From the NCBI RefSeq assembly GCF_037042905.1, contig NC_087251.1, positions 9,612,001 through 9,676,000 on the forward strand: DNA of 64,000 nt, given 5' to 3'. Shown here piece by piece: positions 54,601 through 64,000 of this stretch. Under the pieces are notes generated by a model. That model ran no database searches. It had not been told where the DNA came from and saw only the letters and a list, made by a program, of their open reading frames with translations. Source of the stretch: Lytechinus pictus (Eukaryota). Each line of letters starts with the position of its first letter. The first letter of the stretch is position 1. The translations under genes were made by a program, and so were the position numbers.

Positions 54601-56813
54601 ATTAACCAGTTATCAAACTGGGGGGGGTCAATTTGAGCCCCCCCCCCCCTCGAGAAATTTGGTCACTACGCCGTCGCGCGAAATTTTTTTTGACTACACT
54701 GCTCGCTGACTTTTTACTTTCAAGTCTTGCGCATCATTTGAGACCAAATTTGCGGTGCCTGTGTGCGCGGTTTCGAAATTACGCAACATTTTGTACGTGC
54801 ATGTCGGACCCAAAATTGCTCAAAAACGTGATTCCATGTACAAGGTCAATGCAAATTGTGTTTTTCAACCAAAAGTCATAAATGTATGATTATTAGGTGG
54901 TCTGTCTATGACAGATCACCTTTTATGTTTGTCCGAATTTTCTTTCTTTCTTTATTTATTTATTTATTTATTTTTATTTCTTATTTTTATTTCCTCCATT
55001 TCTTGTGGACAGCAAATCTCAGAAAGTTCATATTCAATAATCATCAAAATATCAGCACATATCAACATCAATAAGACCTCAATTCTGCAAGAATCTTAAT
55101 GTCATGACGTCATCATGACGTCATCTAGACGCCATTTTGTAAAATCACATTATCAATCATATCTCCATTATCAATTATCAAAAATAAATCAAATTCACAT
55201 GACATAAACTTCAGATCAAGGGTCATCAGGTCATGTCATCAAAGGTCACCTGAAGGTCACGACGCGCGCGTACGCGCGCGTCAAAATTTTAAAATGCTAA
55301 AAATCACTTTTTGACCAAAACAGAGTACGTTTTAGGTCATTTTAAGCATTTCAAAAAATTGCGCGCGCAAACGTATGCGCGCGCGTTTCCGCGCGTAACG
55401 CCTTGAATGCAACTCAGAAACACCGTTTTTTTTATTTCATTGCATTGATCATATAATTTTGAGCAATTTGATACCTTGATCAACCTTCTACGACCATTAA
55501 TAAGGAAATTAACACCCGTTAAAGTTTGCAGCACGTGTGCGCGCGAGCTCTCACTATAGGCCATATATGGGCAAAAACATGCCTATAGAAAATCCGCTGT
55601 AGCTCTTCAGAACGCATGGGGACCCCCAATTTTTTTTTCATATTTTGATAGAGTATGAACTAGAGATATAATTTCATGTCTCATTTGACCCTCAAGTATA
55701 TTATGACGTCATCAAAATGGCGTCGGAATTCAAAAAATCCATTTTGCCTATTATGACGTCATTATAATTATGCAAATCTTGCTCTAACTCCGTGAATATT
55801 GGTCAATTTTCACCCAATTTTTGATATGTTGTAGCTTAGTTCTTACTCTTTCTGAGTTATTGCCTTTATTTTTCATTTTGATAGACAAATCATCCTCAAA
55901 AATTGCAAATAATAATGGCATGTCATTTTTACTCATTTTGCGTGTAATCTCTATGGGACATGACTTTTTCTCAAAACTAGATTCTACATTCTTCTATTTC
56001 GTAAGCCATATCTCCAATTTTTGTTGCTAGTTATCCCTGAGCTTTTAGTATGTTGTAGCTGAGATTCTAAGCTTTCGGTTGCGTTTCCTTCATTTTCCGA
56101 TCAGATGTCGGGATCATGCCCGTAATTCACTTGCAAGATTGGATTTGAGATTCTGGTGTTTTGCTTACGTGTTAAGTCTATGGGAAATATTCTAGCTCAA
56201 TCGGTTAGGCGTCAGACTTACTTCTCATTCCATCATGCAGGCAGGGGTTCGAGTCCGCGGGTGAACATGATTTTTTTTTTTTTTTTTTAGCTATCTTGCC
56301 CACGATCAATTATAACAATTCTAACAAATAATAGCTAAAATATTGCAAAATAAAACAGATTATAATTACTTTTTTATATCATATCTATTTATCTGTCTGT
56401 CTATCTACCTACATGACATATCTATCTCTCTGTCTAATATATATCTTTCTGTTTGAATACGTCCCTCTCTCTCTATCTATCCATATGTCTGTCTGTCTAT
56501 CTACCTACATTGTATATCTATCTGTCTGTTTATCTCTCTCTCTCTCTCTCTGTCTAATATATATGTATCTATCTGTTTAGATATGTCTATCTATCTATCC
56601 ATCCATCTGCCTGTCTCTATCTATCTATCTATCTATATATCTATCTATCTATCTGTCTGTCTGTCTCTCTATCTATCTATCTATCTGTCTATCTATCTAT
56701 CTATCTATCTATCTATATGTCTGTCTCTCTATTCATCTATATGTCTGTCTCTCTATCTATCTCTGTCTCGATCTCTATCAATCTATATGTCTGTCTCTGT
56801 ATCTATCTATATG

Positions 56814-56846
<33 letters not shown>

Positions 56847-59800
56847 ATATCTATCTATATGTCTGTCTCTCTATCTATCTATATTTCTGTCTCTCTGTCT
56901 ATCTATATGTTTGTCTATCTATATGTCTGTCTATCTATCCATGAAGCTATCACGAGAAGGAGAACCATCTTCCAATTTCTCTCTTAATCCTTTGTTATCG
57001 CTTCCTTCGGGCGAAGGAACGATATCTAACATCAATTGGCGAGCCGCCAGGCGAAAGTTAGAGCCCGCTTACATAACGCGATAGGACCACGCAGCATGAA
57101 GCTATTACGAGATAGCTCGTAATAGCTTCATGATATGTCTGTCTCTCTATCTATATATATGTCTGTCTATCTATCTGTCTATCTATCTATCTGTCTGTCT
57201 CTCTTTCTATCTATATGTTTATATATGTTTTATTAATATAACCACCAATCATCTCTCTATCTATCTATATATCTATATATCTATCAATCTATCTCTCTAT
57301 CTATAAGTCTGTCTCTCTATCTATCTATATGTCTGTCTCTCTATCTATATGTCTGTCTCTCTATATCTATCTATATATGTCTATGTTTTATTAATATAAC
57401 CACCTATAATTTATCTCTCCATCCATCACTCCATCCATCTAATATAATTATCTTTCTTGTATGTATCTGTTTGATTATGTAAATCTGTTTGTCTATCTAT
57501 TTTTCAATCTAATATCTGTTTAAATATTTTTTTCCTGTTTATCTATCTATACGACAGACCACCTAATTCGTCCGCATGACGAATTAAAATCTAGTTTTTT
57601 ACTTTTGTTGGTTCAAATAGATTTATTTTATACTATTTATGATCGCAAAAGAGTCCCTACAAACTTCATCAGAATAAACAAAGAAATACAAATAAAAAAC
57701 AAAAAATACATAAGAAATTATATTTTTTGCAATTTTTGGACTTGGTGGATATTTGTTATAAATGTGAAAATTGATACTCTCACCAAAAATTAGCATTTTA
57801 CTAGCTTAATAAATAGAGTTAAAGGCAAAAACAAAAAAAAATTTAGGGCAAATTTCATACGCTTATTTGCATAATTAATTAATGAAAAAAATATAAACAA
57901 TTAATTTTGGTCTTGTAAATTTGATGCAGAAGTACATGAAATTGCTGATAGTACACTTAAGGACGTTCCACAGTTAAAGTGAAATCCATGCCATTTTTAC
58001 CAAACTTTGCACATAGATACTTTAGAACCTTAATATTCGAAATATGCAAAAATTAACATAGGTTCATGTGCTTGATTTTTTGCTGTAGAGCTTCAAAGTT
58101 CACCCAAATTGATGTTCTTAAGAATTGCGCATTAAAAAGAATTTGGCATTTTTAGACCTCGCAAGAATAGTACAATGAGTTTAAACCTCTATTACTCAGT
58201 CAAAATACATGAAAAAGTCATCAAATTTCGCAAGAGAGTTAATAATTGTATCGTTAGAATGGAGAATCTATGTATGGTGCTATTTGTTTGCAACTTTAAG
58301 ATTAACAGCACAGTCAGTTCTTAAAAATGGCGAAAAAGATAACAAAAACCCAATCTCAAAAATGTGAAATTTCAATAACAGACTACAAAAGTACAATAAA
58401 TGCTGCACTTTATTCAAAATCCATGTCATTTTCACCAAAATTTGCAAGGCTGTAGAGGAAGCTATACCTAAGAGGTACAAACATTAAAAAATAGGGGTTC
58501 ATGTGCTTGTTTTCAAACTATCAGCATTTTTATTAGAGCAAATATGCTTTTTAAAACACCAAAAATGCGCCAAATGCTTTGTATCTATGTGAAGAAAAAT
58601 CAAAACCACTCTACTATTTATTCAAACTTGGGGTCATATTCGTGATTCTTGGCAGTACTGCAGAGTAAAGTATTTTGAAATTGTAGAGATATTTTTTAAA
58701 TGATCCATGGAATAATTCCATTTTTTTAGCTTCATAAAATAACGCATCGGATCTGCAGTTAGGGTGCAGATGATGAGAAAAATCAGCTCATATCCACAGC
58801 TAATTAATCACCTGTTCATCCATTGTGACGTCAGCGCGCAGAGTGTTAAATATGCGCAGATCATAATGCGCACAAACATAACTGTGGAACGTCCTTAATT
58901 GCATGTAAAATCAAACGCACCCAAATATGCAGAATTCTACTAACAGTCTGCTTGCGTGAGTGGCTGTATAATAGAAAACATAAAGTTCAACAAATCTAAA
59001 CTTCAAATATTTTGAACTTGAAAAAATAAAGCAAATAGGCTAAAACCATGTAATATTACAGTTTTAAGTAGTTTTAGTATAATTCTTAATTGACCATGCA
59101 GTGTTCCAACTTACCCCATACCATGTTCCAACTTACTCGTATTGGGGTAAGTTGGAACGTTTGCGATGGTCTTGTTCAAGGTGGATTTTTTCAGTAACAG
59201 TAACCATAATAGAGTTAAAAATGTTATGGGGTACATTTGAAGCCCTTAGATATATGCTTCAAGCTGATATATTGATTGTTTCTCGAATAAAATCTATTTG
59301 GATTTTACAGCCATTTTTGTCAAAATTTTTCCAACTAACCCCGGTCTCCCCTACTGTGAAACCTACTACACTATTCTTCTTTGCCATGGAAACCATCAGA
59401 AGTTACATAATTCATTAACTTAATCAAAACCAATCTACATACCGGGTACTAGTAATGTATAAAGTGAAGTAGAATGGATGTGAAATTTAAACACTGAACA
59501 TGAATTGCTATTCCTGCTATGCTGACCTGTATTCAAAATTAAAATTAAAATGTAATTTTTAATGAACTCACCATTGGCATACTCCATTTCAATGAAAAGT
59601 GATTGCTCATCCAAGAAATGATTGAAATAAGAGATTATATTTGCATGATTTAACATTGAGAGGATCTCTATTTCATTCTGAGCATCATACATGACTCTCT
59701 CAGAGCAACGCGTCAAATTCACCTCCTTCCATACCACCAACGAATTGTCCTAAAAATAATAAATGCACACATTGTAAGGACAGTGAATTTCTGAACTTAA

Positions 59801-62781
59801 CACACAAATCAAAACAGAAAATCCACTTGGTTCTTTAATTTTATCTCACACAATGACATATACATGTACTGTAGATATCCAATAAATATGTGCATCCAAC
59901 AAATTTCACCCATGTCAAATATTTTCTTGATTATAAATATATGTCATATTCCCAACCCCTGTTCCCAACCATTTCTAAGTTAATTTTTTAACATTTAATT
60001 TTGTATGCTACAGAAAAATAGAGTGTTATGGAAAGACATAATACTGTAGTGTAAAAGACCACCAACAATTTAAAATTTAATTTAACTTGCTAATAAGAGG
60101 CCAACAAGTAAAATGGAGCTGGAAGAGTTTTTTTGCTGTTGTTGTTGCTGCCACTTTAAAATTTTGAACAATCCAAAAAGGGGCCTAAAAAGACCATGAT
60201 GAAAATATACGGTATGGTATGGTCCCCCAAGACTGCACTGTCCCCCTTGTGTGTGCACACACGTACAGTGTATCTGCGTGATTCCAGTAAAAGAAGATAC
60301 ACAACGACCGTCAACCTTACACCTGCATATAATAATACACAGACAGATATTGTTAAAAATTCTACTCAAATGGTGGAAAAATAATGAATTTGGGGCATTT
60401 TATGTGAAGGCCTTAAAATGCAGCTTTTCTCATCAAAATGCTGGAATCGCGTGCAAAGTGAATGGGTGCGCAGACATGGGGCACCAGTTTTTGTTCAATC
60501 TGAAAATGACTGCCCAAGGTTTTTTCTAAGAAACTTATATACATGTACATGAAGGTTCTATAGGCCTATTTCTTTCAAGATATTTGGCACATAAGGCATA
60601 TAATCAACTGAAAGAATTTGTGAAATAAACAGAAATTTTTGTTAAATCTCAACTGAAACCGTTACTAGGGGAGCAGACTTGGGGACTACTGTACGCATCA
60701 TAACGTTAAGGTTACATCATTTATTTGAAATTCATCATTAAATCCTTTGAAGCTAAATCGTAACAACATTTAACAACAAGCTTAATGAGCTTTAAATTTC
60801 GCCCAACTTAGATGGCCAAAGTTTTTCATGGGTAGAAATTGGAAGGGCCAAGTCTGTGAGTCTGAGAATGAGCAGTCACTCACACTCACAAGCTCACAGA
60901 ACTCATTCCCAATCTCATCACTCTAACTTTTTAGATCTAGACTATTGCTAGACTCTTGACTTTAACAGGCGCATAGCCGGGGGGCGGTGGGGGCAGTCGC
61001 CCCCCCCAAATAAAAACATCCCCAAAAAGAAAAAAAAAGAAGGGAAAAGAGAGGAGAAAAGGAAAAGCGAAGGGAGGAAAGGGAAGAAAGGTAGCTTTGT
61101 GGGTTTTTCTTTTTATTCTTTATTTTTTTCTCCAAAAAGCAACTCTGTGACTCTTGCTCTAAATTTATATATATATATGAATTTTGCTTCCGCGCTGTGC
61201 GCGGTTAAATGACAATATGGCAGTTCTCCTTTGTTTCCCTCACCCTTTCTCTAACCCTGTTTTTCCACCTCAGCTATATGTGTTTCTTGCCAGTTAAAGT
61301 TCAAATGTATACATTAGGGCATAGAATTAGAGTAAGGTTAGGCCGAAGTATATGAATTTATCTTTTTTTCTTAATTGATCGCGCAACTTCTGATCGGGTC
61401 AGCTCCGGGCGGGTAAAATCTTTATCTCAATTTATGCCGTCATCTCCATATAGGCAACTTCTCCCGCTTTTCAGCTCATTACTAAACAACCATAATTTGG
61501 GGGCAAACAGGTTCCTAATTTAAAGAGGAAGGTATAAAATTTGTGTCGTATTAAATTAAAAAAAAGTACAATATCTTTTTATCAAATTCTATTCAACTTC
61601 ATGTCATTTCCCTGCAAATTCATCTCCTGTCCTGTTTGCACCCTCAGTTTGAAATTTTGAATGACACTATAAGTTTCTTTATCATTCAAAGTGAAGCGCA
61701 TCAGGATAAGTGAAAGAAATTATACATCATCCTGTTTTATATAATTTCAATAATCACAGAAGTTTCAACTTTCTGCGCACTATTTTCCTTTTAATGAAGT
61801 TCAATAATCTTAGAAAATTAATTGCATTAGAGCTGATGGGGTATTTATTAGAGATATCTGCATTTGATGAAACGTCCGCCCTTTGAAATTTCAGAGTTTC
61901 ATTGCTCTGCGCAGGGAGGAATATCTTCCTCCCGGCATATATCCTTCTTCTCCTCTGTTTTGCGATTTAAGATATGCACTGTCGCTATATTGTTTGTAAT
62001 CAAATCTGATCTTTCCAAGGGAAGTATTCAATATAACTTAGAAAATAACCTTAATTCGGGACCATTTTCTTTGCAATAAAAAATTATAAAACGCTTTAGC
62101 TTCCGCACTTCGCGCGGGGTTCATTATTATTTAAATTTCCTCCATTTTATCCCTTTTTTGTTTGTTTTACAATCACTTTTGAAAACAAGGTTCAAAATCA
62201 CAATATAGTCAAATGAATTGGAGCTGATATAGGTACTAGAGACAAGGGATGCGGCTCCTTTTTATTTTAATTTATGAAACACCGAAAGCTTCGGCACGGG
62301 AGGGGGAAACTCCCCCTCCCTGCACCCACCCCCTAGGGAGCGCGCATCGCGCGCTCTGTAAGTGTTGGTATGCTTCGCGTGCATTTACCGCCCCCTCCAA
62401 AATGAAATCCTGGCTACGCGGTTGGACTTTAACGTTAGACTTTAATAAAGTGAGTCGATCTCTATTCTAACTAACTGTCTGTAGCAATAGCATTGCTGTT
62501 AAAAGTAAAAAAAGTCTTACTCTCAACTACACACTCTCGGTCTCAACTACGTCTCATATTTCATAATCATATCCATCATGAGTGACCATGGTCCATGCAT
62601 CTCTCTAACGTTAATAAAACCTCACCTCTGTTTTCCTGTAGAGAACTGCTTCACCAAAAGCTCCCTTTCCAAGCACTCTTACAGGTGTGTACATTTCCTC
62701 CTGTATCGTATCACTGCTGTTTGCACCGGCAAGGAAATTTGTTGAGCTCGAGGAGGAAAATCCCCCATCTTCTGTAGACAT
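33483..62781 (-). CDS. NEK9: NIMA-related Ser/Thr kinase 9 orthologue; whole gene span, 22 coding exons, 969 aa
   Basis: Hand-spliced exons sum to 2910 nt, with every intron GT..AG and in phase. Kinase motifs ([46 protein letters not shown]) are followed by RCC1 repeats (GQLGHGD, SCGDNH), [17 protein letters not shown] and a coiled coil. This matches the order and sequence of vertebrate NEK9 as I recall it. Confidence 0.96.
33962..34276 (-). CDS. NEK9: NEK9 exon 21 ([11 protein letters not shown]...[16 protein letters not shown])
   Basis: TTTTAG/GTAGGA; 315 nt; completes the NEK6/7-binding motif and starts the coiled coil. Confidence 0.92.
34416..36283. mobile_element. Tc1/mariner (Tc2/pogo-like) non-autonomous element in intron 20
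   Basis: TA TSD; 28-bp TIR CCGTAAGTAACGGACTATAAACCGCACC vs GGTGCGGTTAATAGACCATTACTTACGG. Confidence 0.85.
34703..35310. mobile_element. TGT...ACA foldback element with 5-bp TSD (Ginger/TDD-like signature)
   Basis: Perfect 30-bp TIR TGTTACAACCGATAATGTCGCACCAACGCA; TSD CACAG; arms built of AACGCATAATGTCRCA repeats. Confidence 0.85.
36739..37046 (-). CDS. NEK9: NEK9 exon 20 (Ser/acidic disordered linker ending MPPWLKN)
   Basis: TTGTTCAG/GTAAGT; 308 nt, open and in phase. Confidence 0.9.
38369..38431 (-). CDS. NEK9: NEK9 exon 19 ([21 protein letters not shown])
   Basis: AACAG/GTAAAA; 63 nt; resembles vertebrate EKVLNSKTIRS. Confidence 0.88.
39000..39173 (-). CDS. NEK9: NEK9 exon 18 ([15 protein letters not shown]...[23 protein letters not shown])
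   Basis: GACAG/GTAAAA; 174 nt; last RCC1 repeat. Confidence 0.94.
39509..39651. repeat. (CAT)n microsatellite in intron 17
   Basis: Direct reading. Confidence 0.95.
39820..39981 (-). CDS. NEK9: NEK9 exon 17 ([18 protein letters not shown]...[12 protein letters not shown])
   Basis: CTACAG/GTATGA; 162 nt; RCC1 repeat. Confidence 0.95.
40807..40915 (-). CDS. NEK9: NEK9 exon 16 ([14 protein letters not shown]...[11 protein letters not shown])
   Basis: TACAG/GTAAGT; 109 nt. Confidence 0.92.
41369..41530 (-). CDS. NEK9: NEK9 exon 15 (VTFQGKKEI...GLRKRIVK)
   Basis: TCCAG/GTAAAA; 162 nt; RCC1 repeat. Confidence 0.93.
42917..42963 (-). CDS. NEK9: NEK9 exon 14 ([16 protein letters not shown])
   Basis: AACAG/GTAAAT; 47 nt. 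Confidence 0.92.
43517..43744 (-). CDS. NEK9: NEK9 exon 13 ([17 protein letters not shown]...VYSWGCGEF)
   Basis: TTTCAG/GTGAGT; 228 nt; RCC1 repeat. Confidence 0.95.
43831..44040 (-). mobile_element. Near full-length tRNA-derived SINE in intron 12
   Basis: Minus strand: A-box TGGCCCAGTGG, degenerate B-box, core GCACTCAACTCAGGTGAGGTTAATAGGTACC, (TAA)n tail. Confidence 0.7.
44501..44645 (-). CDS. NEK9: NEK9 exon 12 ([16 protein letters not shown]...[11 protein letters not shown])
   Basis: TTTAG/GTCAGT; 145 nt; RCC1 repeat. Confidence 0.94.
45408..45545 (-). CDS. NEK9: NEK9 exon 11 ([11 protein letters not shown]...[15 protein letters not shown])
   Basis: TATAG/GTAAGT; 138 nt; start of RCC1 domain. 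Confidence 0.94.
47046..47154 (-). CDS. NEK9: NEK9 exon 10 ([11 protein letters not shown]...[10 protein letters not shown])
   Basis: GATAG/GTATGA; 109 nt; kinase-RCC1 linker. Confidence 0.88.
48155..48219 (-). CDS. NEK9: NEK9 exon 9 ([21 protein letters not shown])
   Basis: CTTAG/GTGAGT; 65 nt; kinase subdomain XI. Confidence 0.92.
49049..49153 (-). CDS. NEK9: NEK9 exon 8 ([11 protein letters not shown]...LVTQLLAK)
   Basis: TTTTAG/GTACTA; 105 nt. Confidence 0.9.
49441..49522 (-). CDS. NEK9: NEK9 exon 7 ([27 protein letters not shown])
   Basis: CCTAG/GTGAGA; 82 nt. Confidence 0.94.
50089..50138 (-). CDS. NEK9: NEK9 exon 6 ([17 protein letters not shown])
   Basis: AACAG/GTAAGT; 50 nt; P+1 loop and SPE. 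Confidence 0.93.
51352..51454 (-). CDS. NEK9: NEK9 exon 5 ([34 protein letters not shown])
   Basis: TTTCAG/GTAAGA; 103 nt; catalytic loop and DFG. Confidence 0.95.
51726..51796 (-). CDS. NEK9: NEK9 exon 4 ([24 protein letters not shown])
   Basis: TTTCAG/GTAATC; 71 nt. Confidence 0.93.
52443..52498 (-). CDS. NEK9: NEK9 exon 3 ([19 protein letters not shown])
   Basis: TTTTCAG/GTAATG; 56 nt, in phase. Confidence 0.93.
56380..57550. repeat. Compound (TCTA/TCTG)n microsatellite
   Basis: Direct reading; accounts for the YLSI-repeat ORFs. Confidence 0.95.
56940..57132. mobile_element. 193-bp inverted-repeat element inside the microsatellite (unclassified)
   Basis: CATGAAGCTATCACGAG at left; perfect palindrome CATGAAGCTATTACGAG-ATAG-CTCGTAATAGCTTCATG at right. 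Confidence 0.7.
57961..58894. mobile_element. Kolobok-type non-autonomous element
   Basis: TTAA TSD; 16-bp perfect TIR GGACGTTCCACAGTTA / TAACTGTGGAACGTCC. Confidence 0.85.
59572..59749 (-). CDS. NEK9: NEK9 exon 2 ([10 protein letters not shown]...FIEMEYAN)
   Basis: Acceptor TTTTTAG, donor GTGAGT; 178 nt; catalytic Lys and alphaC Glu. Confidence 0.95.
60966..62424. mobile_element. Non-autonomous hAT-type element in intron 1
   Basis: CAGGCGCATAGCC / GGCTACGCGGTTG; perfect 8-bp TSD GACTTTAA. Confidence 0.85.
62626..62781 (-). CDS. NEK9: NEK9 exon 1 (MSTEDGG...[22 protein letters not shown])
   Basis: ATG at 62781; Gly-rich loop; donor GTGAGG; 156 nt. Confidence 0.92.
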
Positions 62782-62929
62782 TATTGAACGTCTCTCTGAT
62801 TTTGGAGCAATAAAATGAAACAGAGGGGACCTCAGGCTCAGGAGTATTAACTCATCAGCTGGCTTGAGTCTTGAGAAGGACTGTCACATTCAGTGTCATA
62901 CAATTTTTTTACAATACAACTTAAGTAAG

Positions 62930-63110
62930 TAAGCTCGGGGGGACAGTTTGGCTACGCCGCGGTACGAATGATCGGTCGTTCGATGTGCCTCGGCCGTCGG
63001 TAGGGCGGAACTCGGAGGCAGGCTCCCGCTGTCGATTTAAGCAGAGCTAGCTAGCTAGCTCGCTGCGAAAGATCCGAAACGAAGCTCAGCTAGCGGTACG
63101 GTATACAAAT
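62930..63110 (-). promoter_or_regulatory. Putative NEK9 promoter (CpG/GC-rich patch)
   Basis: GC- and CpG-rich patch 150-330 bp upstream of the ATG in AT-rich surroundings; GC box GGGCGG at ~63003-63008. Confidence 0.5.
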
Positions 63111-64000
63111 ACCGGTATACACACCATAGAGTTATAAACCTAAGTTAACTCTATGATACACACACAGATCAGTACGTAGTTAGTATACATCTCTATGGGT
63201 ACAATAAGTCGTCTAAGTGCCTGTAGATCGTGCACAAATTCGATTCGGCCAGCATCAAAGATATGTCGATCCGAATTCTGATGAACACGATCTGCAGGAT
63301 GGAGCTGTCGAGAGTGTCGGATATCAGTTAGCCATACATGCAGCATCCGAGGGGTTTCGTTCAAGTTTTGCCATAGAGACTCTTGCAAATAAATAACAAC
63401 AACAAAACAAACTGACAAACCAAATTATTTCATTTACATTAACACATTGAAAAACTATGGCAAAAAATTAAAAGCCAGAGTTTTTTTTTTATGCAACAGG
63501 CCCCACCAGAGACCATATAATAATAATGATAAGAATGCACCTTCTATCTAGTTTCATATTCAGAGACGCAGAGAGAATAAAAACAAAGAAGGTGAGTGTT
63601 ATTTGAAATATGATGAGAATAGATATGTCTTTACGATGTATTGAAGAATGGGGGGCCATGATGCCCCCCCCCCCGCCCCCTTCTGATCTCGGCCACCGAT
63701 CGCGCTGGCGCCGAAATTTGGCACGCAAAGTCTTTACCACAAAAACTACAAGCCTGTATGAAACAAGAATGAAAATAATTATTTTTCATTTATTTTTAAT
63801 AAAATATGACAATTTATTCATGAAAAATATATGCATATTTAACACCCAAATTCACTTCAAATAAGTTCTTCTCTTTTTTCCAGATGTCATCTTTTGTAAT
63901 CTAATGAAAAAGTTTCCATAAAATTGCGAAAGGCAATTTTTTTCCTTATGTATTGCTTTGTTTTTAGAATTTCTTATGACTTTATTTGTTTTTTATCTTT

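Larger units (their letters stand above)
54893..57594 (+). mobile_element. Helentron-associated non-autonomous element (HINE/DINE-1-like)
   Basis: 5' subTIR TTAGGTGGTCTGTC with adjacent inverted copy GACAGATCACCT; internal TCTA/TCTG satellite; 3' subTIR GACAGACCACCTAA, stem-loop AATTCGTC-CGCAT-GACGAATT, terminal CTAG; inserted in a T run. Confidence 0.8.
54606..57950. mobile_element. piggyBac-like non-autonomous repeat; right end not identified
   Basis: Starts after TTAA with CCAGTTATCAAACTGGGGGGG...; interrupted at ~54893 and resumes at ~57595; similar-looking fragment at ~63650-64000. Confidence 0.45.
54040..59351. mobile_element. TA-targeting TIR element inserted into the right TIR of the outer element
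   Basis: GTGGAGACCGGGGTTAGTTGGAA / TTCCAACTAACCCCGGTCTCCCC; TA on both sides; subterminal GGGGTAAGTTGGAAC repeats. Confidence 0.85.
53654..59373. mobile_element. Outer TIR element (TAG...CTA termini) in intron 2, right TIR split by a later insertion
   Basis: Left TIR 53654-53728 is the reverse complement of 53979-54039 plus 59352-59373; TSD not resolved. Confidence 0.8.

Noticed and set aside
56191..56265. tRNA gene
   Set aside because: A and B boxes are present, but I cannot form a convincing acceptor stem or cloverleaf; treated as tRNA-derived.
56583..56987. 134-aa YLSI-repeat ORF
   Set aside because: Translation of the TCTA microsatellite.
63140..63418. 92-aa minus-strand ORF as an upstream NEK9 exon or separate gene
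   Set aside because: No recognisable motif, no ATG start, and NEK9 already has a suitable ATG in exon 1.

Overview
Eukaryotic, AT-rich, repeat-dense animal DNA. The repeat families suggest an echinoderm such as a sea urchin, but this is inference and is not confirmed. The window contains one protein-coding gene, a complete NEK9 orthologue on the minus strand. I assembled it by hand as 22 coding exons (ATG at 62781, stop at 33483-33485; 2910 nt, 969 aa). All introns are GT-AG with consistent phases. The protein has a NIMA kinase domain, an RCC1 propeller, a NEK6/7-binding motif and a C-terminal coiled coil. The 3' UTR may run about 7.7 kb, to ~25.7 kb. Positions 1-25 kb show no recognisable gene, only non-autonomous DNA transposons, tRNA-SINE pieces, an L2/Crack-like LINE fragment and simple repeats. 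The most notable region is intron 2, which holds a five-level stack of nested elements. The outermost element carries, between its TIRs, a copy of this same gene's exon 2/intron 2 junction (Pack-type capture). The stack also contains a Helentron/HINE-like element with Pol III A/B boxes and a 193-bp multi-hairpin element inside a microsatellite. Transposon superfamily calls rest on terminal and TSD signatures only; no database search was run.
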